Shown here one piece after another: positions 39,326 to 51,811 of a stretch of 64,000 nucleotides of DNA. The stretch spans positions 9,548,001 to 9,612,000 of the forward strand of contig NC_086108.1 of assembly GCF_963921235.1 (NCBI RefSeq), written 5' to 3'. The notes under the pieces are model-generated. The model had not been told where the DNA came from. It saw only the letters and a list, made by a program, of their open reading frames with translations, and ran no database searches. The first letter of the stretch is position 1. Each line of letters begins with the position of its first letter. Both the position numbers and the translations under genes were made by a program. This DNA is from Mobula hypostoma (taxonomy: Eukaryota).

Positions 39326-40634
39326 AGTCAAAGAAAAGCTCAGTCTATCTAATCCATGCTGAACCATCTAAACTCCCTACTCCCATCAACCTACACCTGG
39401 ACCATAGTCCTCCATACCCCTACCATCCGTGTACCTATCCAAACTTCTCTTAAAAGTTGAAATCAAGCTCATATACAACACTTTGGCTGGCAGCTCGTTC
39501 CAAACTCTCACCACCCTGAGTGAAGTTTCCCCCTCATGTTCCACTTCTGCTTTTCACCTTTTACCTTTAGCCCATAATCTCTGGTCGTAGTCCATTCCAA
39601 CCTCAGTGGAAAAAGCCAGCTTGCATCAACCCTATCTATTCCTCTCAATTTTAAGGCCTCTATCAAATCTCTATATTCCAAGGAATAAAATCCTAATCTA
39701 TTCAATCGTTCCTTACAACTCAGATCCTCCAGAACCAGCAACATCCTTATAAATTTTCTCCGTACTCTTTCAATCTTATTTACATCTTTCCCTCAGATAT
39801 GTGACCAAAACTGCACACAATATCCCAGATTAGGCCTAACCAATGTCGTATACAACCTCAACATAATATCCCACCTCATTCTCAATAGTTTGATTTATAA
39901 AGGCTAATATGCTAAAAGCTTTCTTTACAACCCTATCTACATGTGCCGCCACTTTCTTTCAACAAATTATGGACCTGCATTCTACCACACTCCCCAGTGC
40001 CCTACAGTTCACTATACATGAATTACCCAGGTTGGTCCTACTGAAGTGCAACTCCTCGTACTTGTCTGCATTAAATTCTACTAGGCTTTTTTTTTCCAGC
40101 TGGTTCAGATCCCCCTGCAAGTCAGCAATCCATTACACCCCCATTCCTGGTGTCATCTGCAAATTTGCTGATCCAGTTAACCACATTAACATCCAGATCA
40201 CTGATACAGATGACACACAATAAAGGACCCAGTACCGATCCCTGCGGTACTCCACTAGTCACAGGCCTCCAGTCAGAGAGGCAACCACATACCATCACTT
40301 TTTGGCTTCTCCCACAAAGACGATGTCTGATCTGGTTTACTACCTCATCTTGAATGCCCAGCATCTGAACCTTCTTGACCAACCTTCCATGAGGGACCTT
40401 GTCAAATACCCTGCTCAAGTCCATGTCGACAACATCCACTGCCTTGCCATCATCCACTTTCCTAGTAACTTCATCAAAAAATCTATAAGACTGGTTAGAC
40501 AAGATCAAACACGCACAAAGCCATGTTGACTATCACTAACTAGTCCACATCTATCCAAATACTTATATATCCAGTCCTTAGAACATCTAATAATTGTCCC
40601 ACAGACTCACCGGCCTATAATTTCCTGGTTTGTT
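39326..40634 (-). mobile_element. CR1 LINE 3' fragment (RT)
   Basis: VDVVDMDLSRVFDKVPH...SGVPQGSVLGPLL...SKFADDT (ORF 40508-40122). Confidence 0.9.
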
Positions 40635-41124
40635 TTCATTATACAACTCCTTGTACCCCTGTAACCCAGACATCAGTTTAGAAACATGTCTGCAAACAGC
40701 AAAGCATAAACAGAGTACCCGATACTGTGTGGGTCAACCACACGATACCATCTGACATCATTAACATGGATGCCATTCGACAGATTTCAACTACCCTCGG
40801 GGGAGGGCAGAGCTTCAATAAAACTACACCTATGGAATAACCTAGTAAAGAAAGATAATGTCAAAAACAACAGTGGAAACTGCAGGCTAAAAGCAAAAGC
40901 GATGTCTGGGGTTATGGGTGAACACTGAGTGATGCTTTACACTGCTATTTCAACAAGCTGACAGTAAAATCAGAGAGTGGATGAATCCAAGTGCAGAGCA
41001 AAGGGCCAAGCCCATCCAGCTCCCACAAGAATTGCAATTTGGCAAGGCAGAATATCCAAAATTCACTAGACTTGGTCACATTGCATCAACATCTCTACTT
41101 TACCACTTTAGAGTTATTACTGTC

Positions 41125-41500
41125 CTATACAGGAGCTGGCAGAGTGGAGATAGGTTTCTATCAAAGGAGGTGCAAGACGCCCTTCCCTCTGATATCCTGC
41201 AGGTCACTCTTGGGCAAGGTGTATCACCTGCTTAGCCACCACCCTCCCCCCCACCGATCAGGGTCATGGCAGCAGGTGGTGGATGGTTGTGTGAGCAGCC
41301 GGTGTACATCACAAGCTTTGATTATGTGATCAATGACACACGGCTGGAGAGTATTGATGATGGTAGGATCACCTGTCTTGTAAAGACACTGCGCAGAAGG
41401 CAACAATGGCAAAGTACTTCTGTTGAAAAAGTCACCAAGAACAATCACGGACATGGAAAACAACGATCACCAATATCGTATGATACGGCACATAACAAAC
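41125..41500 (+). mobile_element. Short interspersed repeat (possibly RTE-related)
   Basis: Reverse-complement match to 42035-42400. Confidence 0.6.
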
Positions 41501-42034
41501 AAACAAACATCTGTAGCAAAATACACAAAGCAAAACAGTGTCAGCCATTGCTGAAGTAGACTTCAGGATAGATTGAAACTGTGCTGGATTAAAGTGGCGG
41601 GGCCCAGGCTCGAGAACAAAAAATGAACTGACATTTAGCCAACTTAAGTGCTGAGCCAGATTAAAAGATTAAGGCATTGAAGCCAAGGGTAGAGGACAAA
41701 CCATTGTTGAGCTCTCTACTCCATGTCAGCCCGTCCCATAGCCTGCATCTGATCCACCTCTACCATTGGGTGTGAGGTGCAGGTGTCTCAACCGACTGCA
41801 CTCACCTCAGCACTGACCTGGTTCTATGGCTATGGACTCATTTTTGGGGACCACTGATTGCGTTTCTGTGTATTACTGTCTACTGGTTTTATTGTTTGCA
41901 CGGTTTGTTCTTTTTAATAACCCCCGGCACATTGGATGTTTGTGTCTTTGTTGTGTGAGGTTTATCATGGATTTTATTGTTTCTGTTTTATGTCTGCCTG
42001 CAAGGAGATGAATCTTAAGGTTGTATATGATATA

Positions 42035-42400
42035 CATCATCATCATCATGACGCGGGTGATCATGGTCTTTCCATGTTCTTGACTAATTTTTCTATACAA
42101 GTGGTTTACTATTGCCTTTTTCTGGGCGGTCTCTTTACAAGAAAGGTGACTCTAGCCAGTATCAATACTCTTCAGAGATTGTCTGCCTGGCATTAATGGT
42201 CATATAACCAGGACTTATCATATACATCAGCTGGTCATACGACCACTCATCACCTGCTTCCACGGCTGTATGTGACCCTAACTGGGTGGGGGCTAAGCAG
42301 GTGCTACACCTTGCCCAAGAGTGACTTGCAAGCTTGCAGAAGACAGGAGTGCCTTCCACCTCCTTTGGTAGAGATGCATCTCCACCCCGGCACCCATACA
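42035..42400 (-). mobile_element. Short interspersed repeat (possibly RTE-related) with (ATG)n tail
   Basis: Inverted copy of 41125-41500; (CAT)n at ~42035-42050. Confidence 0.6.
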
Positions 42401-42501
42401 GGGTACTTTGATAATAGTACTCTGAAAACAGTTCTCACATATTAATACAAAAATATCAGACTTTTAATTACATCAAGGATAGGTTGACAGAGGCTACTCA
42501 C

Positions 42502-42697
42502 CAGCATCATTGGCCTCTCCCTCCAGTATGTGGATTTCAGTGCAATCGGCCAGCGAGTGCTCCAAACAAATCTGAAGAAATCGAGCCTGGGTTCGACTAA
42601 CCCTCTTCAGCAGAGATAGCAAGGCCACCGTCTGTTCGCATTCATTCCACCCCTTGAACCACCCAGCTAACACACCAACTTGATCCCGAAACATCAT
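42502..42697 (-). CDS. SAMD4B: Smaug homologue (SAMD4B-like), first coding exon, 196 nt: [65 protein letters not shown]
   Basis: Translation matches the conserved N-terminus of vertebrate SAMD4A/B. ATG at 42697-42695 (context ATC ATG A). Donor GCT G|GTGAGT with intron starting at 42501, phase 1. Confidence 0.93.
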
Positions 42698-42940
42698 GAT
42701 CGCAAACCCGCACGATTGTCTGTCTCTTTTCTTCGGGCACCCCAACGCCGAGAGGAGAACATCACATGTTTCCAGTCTGCGGAGCGATATTGTAGCCTTT
42801 GAAGCAGTAGGTGTATTTTCTGTCAAAACATTTTTTTTGAATGAAGGGATCCAAATAATTCCCCTCCCTTGCTTCGACTCACGTCCCCACCCACCCACCC
42901 CCTCCCCCCAGATACAGTAGTCTGGGAGAACTACTCAACA
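42698..42940 (-). other. SAMD4B: 5' UTR part of the first coding exon
   Basis: Strong minus-strand acceptor TTGTTTCTCTGTCCTGTTTCCAG| (AG at 42942-42941). A second acceptor at 43057-43056 could extend the exon. Confidence 0.6.
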
Positions 42941-44904
42941 CTGGAAACAGGACAGAGAAACAACTTCAGGCAACTTCTAGCAGGAGACCGTCGTAAACTC
43001 GGTACTTGCTTATTTTTTTCCTCTTGTTTCTTGCAGTTAGGGCTTCATGTTGTCACTAAAAAGACAAAAAAAAGAAATAACAAATACACAAGCATACTTT
43101 TGCAGCCAATTTTCCGTATTTCTTCTTCGCCCTTCCCCATCTACTCAGCCACTGTTTTTATTCCAGGCATCTGTGAATACCATTCTGAACAAACCATTAA
43201 ATTACTAACCACCTGGAAAACACTCTCACTTTTCTCAGACTTGTGGATCTCAAATAGGGAACCAGAATGAGACGATGTGAATCAGTTCTCTGTCACTCAG
43301 TGTTGCTTTCAGTCTGCCTCCCCTGCCCCACCCACTCCCAGCATTACCCAGTTTACAGATCTAACAGTTCAATAGTCAGAATGTTTCCCAAGAAAAAATG
43401 CAACCCGCAGCAGCCACACCACCACCCCAGAATCCAGCAGCCCAGGCCCATCTGGAGCAGTTATTAAGCCAAGAACTGAAGTTCCATCAATGTATGACAT
43501 CAGCGCTAAAGCCACCCACATCTGGATTGCATTAGCATGCAGAGCACTCAGTGCTGGCACTCACTGGATACAAAAAGAACTCTGCACAAAGTGGAAATTC
43601 ATTTCAATAGTGCTACCACAAAAGGAAACAGAACATTCGATCAGGGACCTGACCATACAGAGAAAAAAAGACCTACTTTTAGTTCAAAGTTATAATGTTA
43701 TTAATAATTCCACTTGAACTTTGAAATGCATTGCAATAAATCTGCAGTTGTTCCATTAACAGCTGAACTATAGGACCCAAGATTTGCAATGTTTGATTCA
43801 TTCTCAGTTGGTCAGAAGGGCTCAGGGTGGGGTGGGGGGAGAAGAAGAGAAACTACAAGGGTCAAGGAACACATGACTAAAATGTGCTCGCTAACATAAT
43901 TTAGTATTGTGCCCAGGTAGATCTCTGATACGAATGGACAGTACCACGAGGGAGGTCATAGGAAACTGGAGTGAAGGCAATCGTAGGGCTGCCTCCAACA
44001 GAAGTTCCCGAATTTAGTCACCTGACAAAGGAAATGCCCAGAGTCACTTTAGCATGATTCCTACTGGCAAATTTGGTTGGACAGCTACATCACTCCAAAA
44101 TAAGTACTTCAGTATGCATGGAAGAAAATTCAAAGCCACCTTTAAAAAACAAACACAGGCGACTTTCCTGTTTTGTGGTCCACCGCTCTCCAAGCTGCCT
44201 CACTCACAATTGAATTTCTTTGTGAGCACCCTACTGGCTTCAATAATAAACTGTGTCTATTTAAAACCTTCTTATTCTGCAAGTCTGTTCTTCAGATTCG
44301 CTAGTCTGCAACACTGCGAGCCATGAGGCCAAGAGTGTGAAATGTTTCTGTACAAAAGAGAAGTCGATGAAGGCAGAGACGCAGAAAAATACTGTTCCAT
44401 CAGCAAACAAACTGCTTAATTTCAGAGACATATACTTGGACATTTCTGTACAGGGATTGCTTGTCCCATTATTGATAAAGCACTATACATATGCCCTATA
44501 GTTGTTACTTAAACAGTATTACAAGACCACTGCAGTCCTGATGAAGGGTCTTAGCCCAAAACATGGACTGTATTTTCTTTTCCATCAATGCTGCCTGGCA
44601 CTGCTGAGTTCCTCCAGCATATTGTGTGTGTTATACAGGTAGTCTCACCGTAAGTTTAGAACCAAACCACAGTTTAGGAACATTGATTCCAATTCCTACT
44701 TTGAGGCAAGTTACCTAATCAGAGTGGGGAAGTTTACAGGCCAGCAAAGAAAATAATCTGGGTATCCATCAGGTAAAAAGTGCAAATTTGCAGAAGTTCC
44801 TTCTTTAGTTTTATAAATCCTGCTTGAAAAGTGTTAAAATAATTATCAGCTGAGGGCAAAAATACAAATGGCTGCAAGGTCTACAGATACTGAATAATTT
44901 GACA

Positions 44905-45700
44905 TTAGTTAGGACAGGAAAACCAGAAGTCCGTGAGCCAGTCCTCATCGGAGGACCAGAGGTGGTAAGAGTCAGCAACTTTAAATTCCTGGGTGTTAAT
45001 AATTCAGAAGACCTGTCCTGGACCCAACATGCAAGTACGATCGAAGCAAGCATGGCAGCATCTCTATTTCCTCAGGAATTTGTGGAAATTTGGAATGGCA
45101 TCTAAAGCTTTGACAAACTTCTACAAGTATAAAATGGAGTGTGTTTTGACTGGCTACATCATGGCCTGGTATGGAAACACCAATGCCTTTGTACAGAAAA
45201 TCCTACAAAAAGAAGTGGATTTGGCCCTTTACCACAGGTAAAGCCCATGACTCTATTCATCTACACATCTACATGAAACATTGTTATAGGAAGCATCCAT
45301 CATCAAGAATCCCCACCACCCAGGACACGCTCTCTTCTCGCTGCTGCCATCAGGTAGAAGGTACAGGAGCCTCAGGACTCACACCATCAGGTTCATGAAC
45401 AGTTACTACCCCTCAACCATCAGGTTCTTGATTAAAAGGGGATAACTACACTCACTTGCCCCATCATTGAAATGTTCCCACAATCAATGATCTCTTTTTA
45501 AGGACTATTTCCCTTGTTATCGCATGCTCTCGTTATTTATTGCTATTTATTTATATTTGTACACACTCTGGTCGATCTTTCAGCAATCCTGTTAGTTACT
45601 ATTCTATAGATTTGCTGAGTATGCCCAAAAGAAAATGAATCTCTGGGTTATATGTGGTGACAAATGTAGTTTGATAATAAAATTTACTTTGAACTTCAAA
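44905..45700 (+). mobile_element. Rex1/Babar-like LINE 3' fragment (abundant family)
   Basis: NFKFLGV..SEDLSW, LTNFY...WYGN, LLPSGRRYRS. Related copies at ~1490-2050, 11940-12365, 14290-14920, 15480-15900, 17180-17720, 19320-19780, 20110-20570, 25060-25620, 34790-35480 and 58350-59095. Confidence 0.8.
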
Positions 45701-46439
45701 CAGTAAAGATTAAAGATTAGCTTCATTTGTCACACTTACATTGAAACATCAAATCATACAGCAAAATGCCTTGTTTGCGTCAACAACCAACACAGTTAGA
45801 ATGTTTCACCAACAAAGCCAGCCCACAACTTACTAACCCTAACTTGTACATCTCTGGAATGTGGGAGGAAACCTGAGCATCCGGAGAAAACCCACGTGGT
45901 CATGTGGAAACGTACAAACTCCTTATGGATAGTAGCGGCAACTGAATTCCGATTGCCGGCTCTGTAAAGCGTGATGTGAACTGCTTCACTATCGTGCCAC
46001 TCTTGCAACAAATGAATCAGGACTCACTAGATAATTGTAAGTTTGTTTATTTATTTATTGAGTCAGTGCAGAATCTGCCCTTCCAGCCTTCAAGCTATGC
46101 CATCAAGCAATACCCCGATTTAACCCTAGCCTAATCACAGGACAATATACAATGACTATTTAACCAATCAACTGGTATGTCTTTGGACTGTGGGAAGAAA
46201 CCAAAGCACATAGAGACAACCCACGTGGTATGGGGAGAACGTACAAACTCCTTACAGTAGATGGCGGGAAATGATGGACTATTTAACCAAACAAGAGTAT
46301 ACATCTACCCTTGATTCAGCATGATTGGCAGGGCATTTCAATGCAGAGCTGGAGCAAATCAAATAGGTTCAAGTATAGTGCTACAGGTACTGCATACCAA
46401 TGGATAAGCACCAATAAAAATTACTTGTAGTACAAGCAG

Positions 46440-47220
46440 ATGAATAGAGTCATGGAGTAATAGAAAAAAGTATAGCACCGAAACATGCCCTTTAGTCTAT
46501 GCTGATCCATTTAACTTGCCTACTCCCAGCAACCTGCACTGGGACCATAGCCCTCGATACCCCTACCTAGCCAAACTTCTCTTAAACATTGAAATCAAGC
46601 TCGCATGCAGCACTTGCACTGGCAGCTCATTCCACACTCTCACCACCCTCTGAGTGAAGAAGCTTCACCTCATGTTTCCTTAAACCTTTCACTTTTCATT
46701 CTTAGCCCATAACCTCTGGTCGTAGTCCCACCCAACCTCAGTAGAGAAAGTTGCTTGCATTTACCATATCTAGACCCCTCATAATTTTGTATACTTCAAT
46801 CAAATCTCCTCTCAATCTTTTACGCTCCAAGGAATAAAGTCCTAATCTATTCCATCTTTCCTTATAACTCAGGTCCTCCAGACCCAGTAACATCCTCAGA
46901 TTTTCTCTTCACTCTTTCAACCTTATTTACATCTTTCCTGTAGGTAGGTGACCAAAACTGCACACAATGTTCCAAATTAGGTCTCACCAACATCTTATAC
47001 AACTTCAACATCCCATCTCTTCTCAATACTTTGATCTATGAAGGTCAATGTACCAAAAGCTTTCTTTACAACGCCATCTAACTGTGACGCCACTTTCAAC
47101 ATGGACCTGTATTCCCAGATCACTTTGTTCTAACGCACTCCTCAATGCCCTACCATTCACTGTGTAAGACTCATCCTGATTGGTCCTACCGAAGTACAAC
47201 ACCTCACACTTGTCTGCATC
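46440..47220 (-). mobile_element. CR1 LINE 3' fragment
   Basis: Similar to 39330-40080. Other CR1 pieces at ~1-225, 9605-9786, 13255-13620, 18270-18570, 31820-32300, 36165-36600, 53540-54150, 57245-57995 and 63680-64000. Confidence 0.8.
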
Positions 47221-47229
47221 ATGCGGTGT

Positions 47230-48070
47230 ATAGAGACAGATTGATCCCAAAGGAAATTAAGAGTGTTATAGTAGCATTCCAAGTACACAGATATAAGTAT
47301 TAGAAAAATAGAAAAAAATAAAAAATAAGTTACCACAAACAGTCTAACAGGAGGGAGTCATCACTTGCCCGGCTATAGGTTGACTCATTTTAGAGCCTAA
47401 TGGTCAAGGGTAAGAATGACCTCATATAGTGTTCTTTGGAGCAGCGCAGTTGTCTTAGTCTATTACTAAAACGGCTCCTCTGTTCAGCCAAGGTGATTGT
47501 AGGCATGCAGAGGGCAAGAAATATTGTCCAGAATTGCCAGGATTTTCCGTAAGGACCTTTGTTCTACCAAAGCCTCCAGTGTGTCCAGTTTGACTCCTAT
47601 AACAGAGCCAGGGTTTCTAATCAGCTTATTGAGCCTGTTTGCATCACCCGTGTTGATGACAGTACCCCAGCACACCACTGCATAGAAAATTGTACTGGCT
47701 TCAACAGACTGGTAGAACATGTGAGGGAGAAGCCTGCATACTCCAAAGGACTTCAGTCTCCTCAGGAAGTAGAGACCACTCTGAGCCTTCCTGCACACAG
47801 TCTCTGTGCTGGTGCTCCATTCAAGTCTGTCATCCAGGTACACCCCCAGGTACTTATAGGTGCTCACCACATCCATGTCCTCACCATCAACAGTAACAAG
47901 GAGCAATGCAGGCTTAGTCTTCCTAAAGTCCATCACCATCTCCTTTGTCTTACCAATGCTGAGCTGCAGATGATTCAGTTTGCACCATTTTTCAAAGTCC
48001 TCCACCAGGGCCCTGCATTCATCCTCCCACCCTCCTTTTATACACCCAACTATTGCTGTGTCAGAATTTC
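47230..48070 (-). mobile_element. Rex1/Babar-like LINE RT C-terminal fragment
   Basis: DTAIVGCI...KTKEMVMDFRK...YKYLGV...YFLRRLKSFGV (ORF 48149-47484). Confidence 0.85.
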
Positions 48071-51000
48071 TGCAAATGACATGACTCAGTGTTGTCTTGT
48101 TGAATATTGGCATAAAGGCTCTGCTTCCACTGACCTTACATATAGACAATAAGGACCATACTATCTACAGTGAGGAGTGAAAGTCACCTCATTTACTCAA
48201 TAAAATGTCAAGGCTACCTTCCTAAATTCCAAAGAGACAATTAAGTTAGATAATGGAAAATGGCACAGATTAAGGTTGTAATTCATCTGCAATACACTAC
48301 CAGTGTTGCAGACATTAAACATTTCTTCTTTACTAACAGTCTTTGGACAGAGGTGAGTTGGACTTCTAATTGTACATGCTTCCAAGAATGCAGCATAATA
48401 ATATATAGACCTAGACTATTGATCCGGAGAAACAATGAATCCCAACAGCACAGCTGGTGAGTTCAAATTCAATCTGGAGCAGAAAGTAATGTCCATGACA
48501 CTACTGGATTTCTTTTGCAACAATCCACTTTAACAAAGTTATTCACAGGCCTGAGAGAGGTTCCAGGCCCAATGTGGTTGATTCTTGACAGATATCATCT
48601 GGATTGCTACTGGTTCAAGGAGCAGTTAGAGGATGAAGAATGGTGCCATTATCTCACCGACAGAAGTGAAGTTCCTTTAAAAATTTATTGAGATAGAGCG
48701 CAGAAAAGGTTCTTTGGGTTTTTTTGAGTTGCGTGCCCAGCAATCCCCGATATAAACCTAGCCTAATTACAGAACAATTTACAATGACCTATCAACCTAC
48801 CAACTGGTACGTCTTTGGACTGTGGGAGGAAACCTACGCGGTCACAGGGAGAACGTACAAACTCCATACAAGCAGCTGCTGTACTGTAAAGTGTTGTGCT
48901 AACCACTACGCTACTGTGCCTACATTCATTGCAATACACACAAAATGCTGGAGGAATACAGTGAGTGAGACACTCTTACTCCTCCCCTGTGACACTTCGA
49001 CCATGTGCTCACCAAGACTCGCTGCCACAGCCATGTATTACCTTTCCTACCTACTGCCTCCCATCTTACTTCATCCCCACTTGCCCCCATCCACCTGGCT
49101 TCACCTTTCACCTTCCAGTTTGTCCTCCTTCACCTCCCTCATCTTCTTGTTCTGGCATCTTCCCCCTTCCTTTTTAGCCCTGAAGAAGGGTCTCGGCCTG
49201 AAAACTTCAAATGTTTGCTCATTTCCATGGATGCTGCCTGAGCTGCCGAGTTCCTCCAGCATTTTGTGTGTTGCTGTGTTCCAGCATCGGCAGAATCTGT
49301 GTTTATATGCACATTCATCTATGATCTAATTCCATTTAAAAATGGGCAGCATAACAGTATGTCATACCACCAGCCTGCTCTTGTAACTCGGGTTTGATCC
49401 TAACTGTGTGTACGCTCTACACTCCACCTATTCTCCGACACTGGTTTCCTCTGGGTGCTCCTGCTTCTTCAGAATCAGAATTAGCTTTAGTACCACTGGC
49501 ATACATTGTGAAATTTGTTGTCTTTGCAACAACAGTACTATACAATACATAATAGCAAAAACTGAATTACAGTAAATATATACAAGACCATGAGATATAG
49601 GAGCAGAATTAGGTCATTCAGCCCATCGAGTCTGTTCTGCCATTTCATCATTGCTGATCCATTCACCCTATCAGCCCCAATCTCCTGCCTTCTCTGTATA
49701 TCCCTTCATGGCCTGACTGATCAAGAATCTATCAACCTCTGCCTTCAATATACCACATGACTTTGCCTCCACAACCACCTACGGCAATGAATTCCACAGA
49801 TTCACCACTCTCTGGCCAAAGAAATTCCTCCTCATCTCCATTCAAAAAGGACGTCCCTCTACTCTCTATAAAATACTTAAATTAAATAAGTAGTGAGGTA
49901 CTGTTCTTGAGTTCAGTGCCCATTCAGAAATCGGACGGTATAGGGAAAGAAGCTGTTCCTGAATTGTTGAGTTTGTGCCTTCTGGCTTCTGTACCTTCTC
50001 CCTGATGGTAGCAATGAGAACAGAGCATGTCCTGGGTGATGGGGATCCTTAATGGTGGTTGTCAGATTAACTTGCCGCTCTAAACTACACCTAGTGTAGT
50101 GGGTGGCAGGAGAACTGGAGTGAGCCGATAGGAAAGAAAAATAGGTTATAGGGGAATGAGCGAGGAAATGGGGCCGACAGGAATGCTCCTGCAACTGGCA
50201 AAAACTCAGTGGGCAGAGTGCCCTATGCTGTAAGGAAATATGGAAAATTTGAACAAGTGAAAATTTGCAAAAGTACTTAAGTGCACATAACTTACTGCAC
50301 TTGTCGGAAAGCTATACACATTTGGGTCTGGTTTTCGAAGTTTAAAAAAAAAGTAAATCTGAATTCTACCTCTCCAACCAAGTGTCTGGAAGTTGTAGCA
50401 AGAAAAGTGCTATTGTTACATGCCAGAAAACCAAAAGCCACAGCATCAGTGACACGGACTTCAGAAACAAATACTTGTTGGTAGCCCTTTGATGGCACAC
50501 TATAATTCACAGGAGATCAACAGGAACACTAGCCCATTCTCGGCCCGAAACGTCGACCATACTTCTTCCCAGAGATGCTGCCTGGCCTGCTGCGTTCACC
50601 AGCAACTTTTGTATATGTTGCTTGAAATTCCAGCATCTGCAGATTTCCTTGTGTTTCCATTTTTCTCCTTCTTGGGCTAGTGTGGCAATGAAGGCAAGCA
50701 GCTAGCTAGACACCACTCCATCTTGCCTCACTCTCCCACACAGACAGTAATACTAAAAGCAATGCACCAGAGTAAATTAAATTGTGAACAGAGAGCAATA
50801 CCCCTCTCCAGTTAGACCAAAGAACACAGGAGCAGTATCAGGCTATTGAGTTTGCTCCCCCTTCAAAACATGAGTGATTTATTATCCCTTTCAAACTCAT
50901 TCTCCTGCCTTCGCCCCATAACCTTCAACACCCTCTTCCAGTACTTGTGGTAGTGATGGAATTAGATATCCAAAATGGAACAGATCAGCTGCAATGGCTG

Positions 51001-51725
51001 TTGTATGAAGAAAGAAAGGAGGAACAGCTAATTAAAACTCCTAATTAAAGAGGAAATAGAGGCTCACATATCAAAATTATGCAGTCCCTTGCCACATAAT
51101 TTTGGGATTCAGGACTAGAGAAAGGGAAGGCAACATAAATGCTCAGGGCAGCCTCACAATTCCTTTCCAATCTCGTCCTAGATCTATAGTTGTAAGGAAA
51201 AGTTTTTGAACACTGCCTTTACCTGGTTTTCTGCATTAATCACTCATAAAATGTGGTCTGATCTTCATGCAAGTCACAATAATAGACAAACAAAATCTGC
51301 CTAAACTAATAACACACAAACAATTGTACTTTTCAGGTCTTTGTTGAACACACTGAGAAACACAGAATCCCCAATCTAGGGGAATGCATGGACACAATAC
51401 TGATCCCTTCTCTCCAACACAATCACTATTATTGATGACTAGTCTATCACCAAGTATGCCAGAAATGATTAATTTTTCATGTGTTAGTGCTTGCACAAAT
51501 GTACATCTTCAACAAGTTGGGGCACGAGACCAGAGGCATAGCTCTCACACTGATTTGCTTCTTGAAAGGGAGAACCCGGGAGACACTCATTGAGTCTTGC
51601 TGAGCACCAAAAAGGACAGACACTGGGTAAAAATCCCCTACATCTCCTACCCAGTCCGTATGTTGAAATACACAGGGATCCAAAAGTTTAGTATCTGTTA
51701 GTGATAAAGAGAAAACTATCTAGTT

Positions 51726-51811
51726 CTGGAGTTCCCAACCTGGGATCCACTGACTCTTCAGTTAATGGTAGGGATCTATGGCATAGCGTAAAAGAAGGTT
51801 GGGAATCTCTG
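51726..51811. mobile_element. hAT (Charlie-like) ~80-bp MITE
   Basis: Degenerate TIRs; TSD ATCTAGTT/ATCTAGTC. Confidence 0.7.

Noticed and set aside
42698..42898. N-terminal extension of ORF 42494-42898
   Set aside because: It starts at a GTG; homology begins at MMFRDQV (42697), and the final GE* of the ORF is intron read-through.
48724..49329. 201-aa ORF
   Set aside because: Read-through of an antisense SINE and a Penelope terminus.
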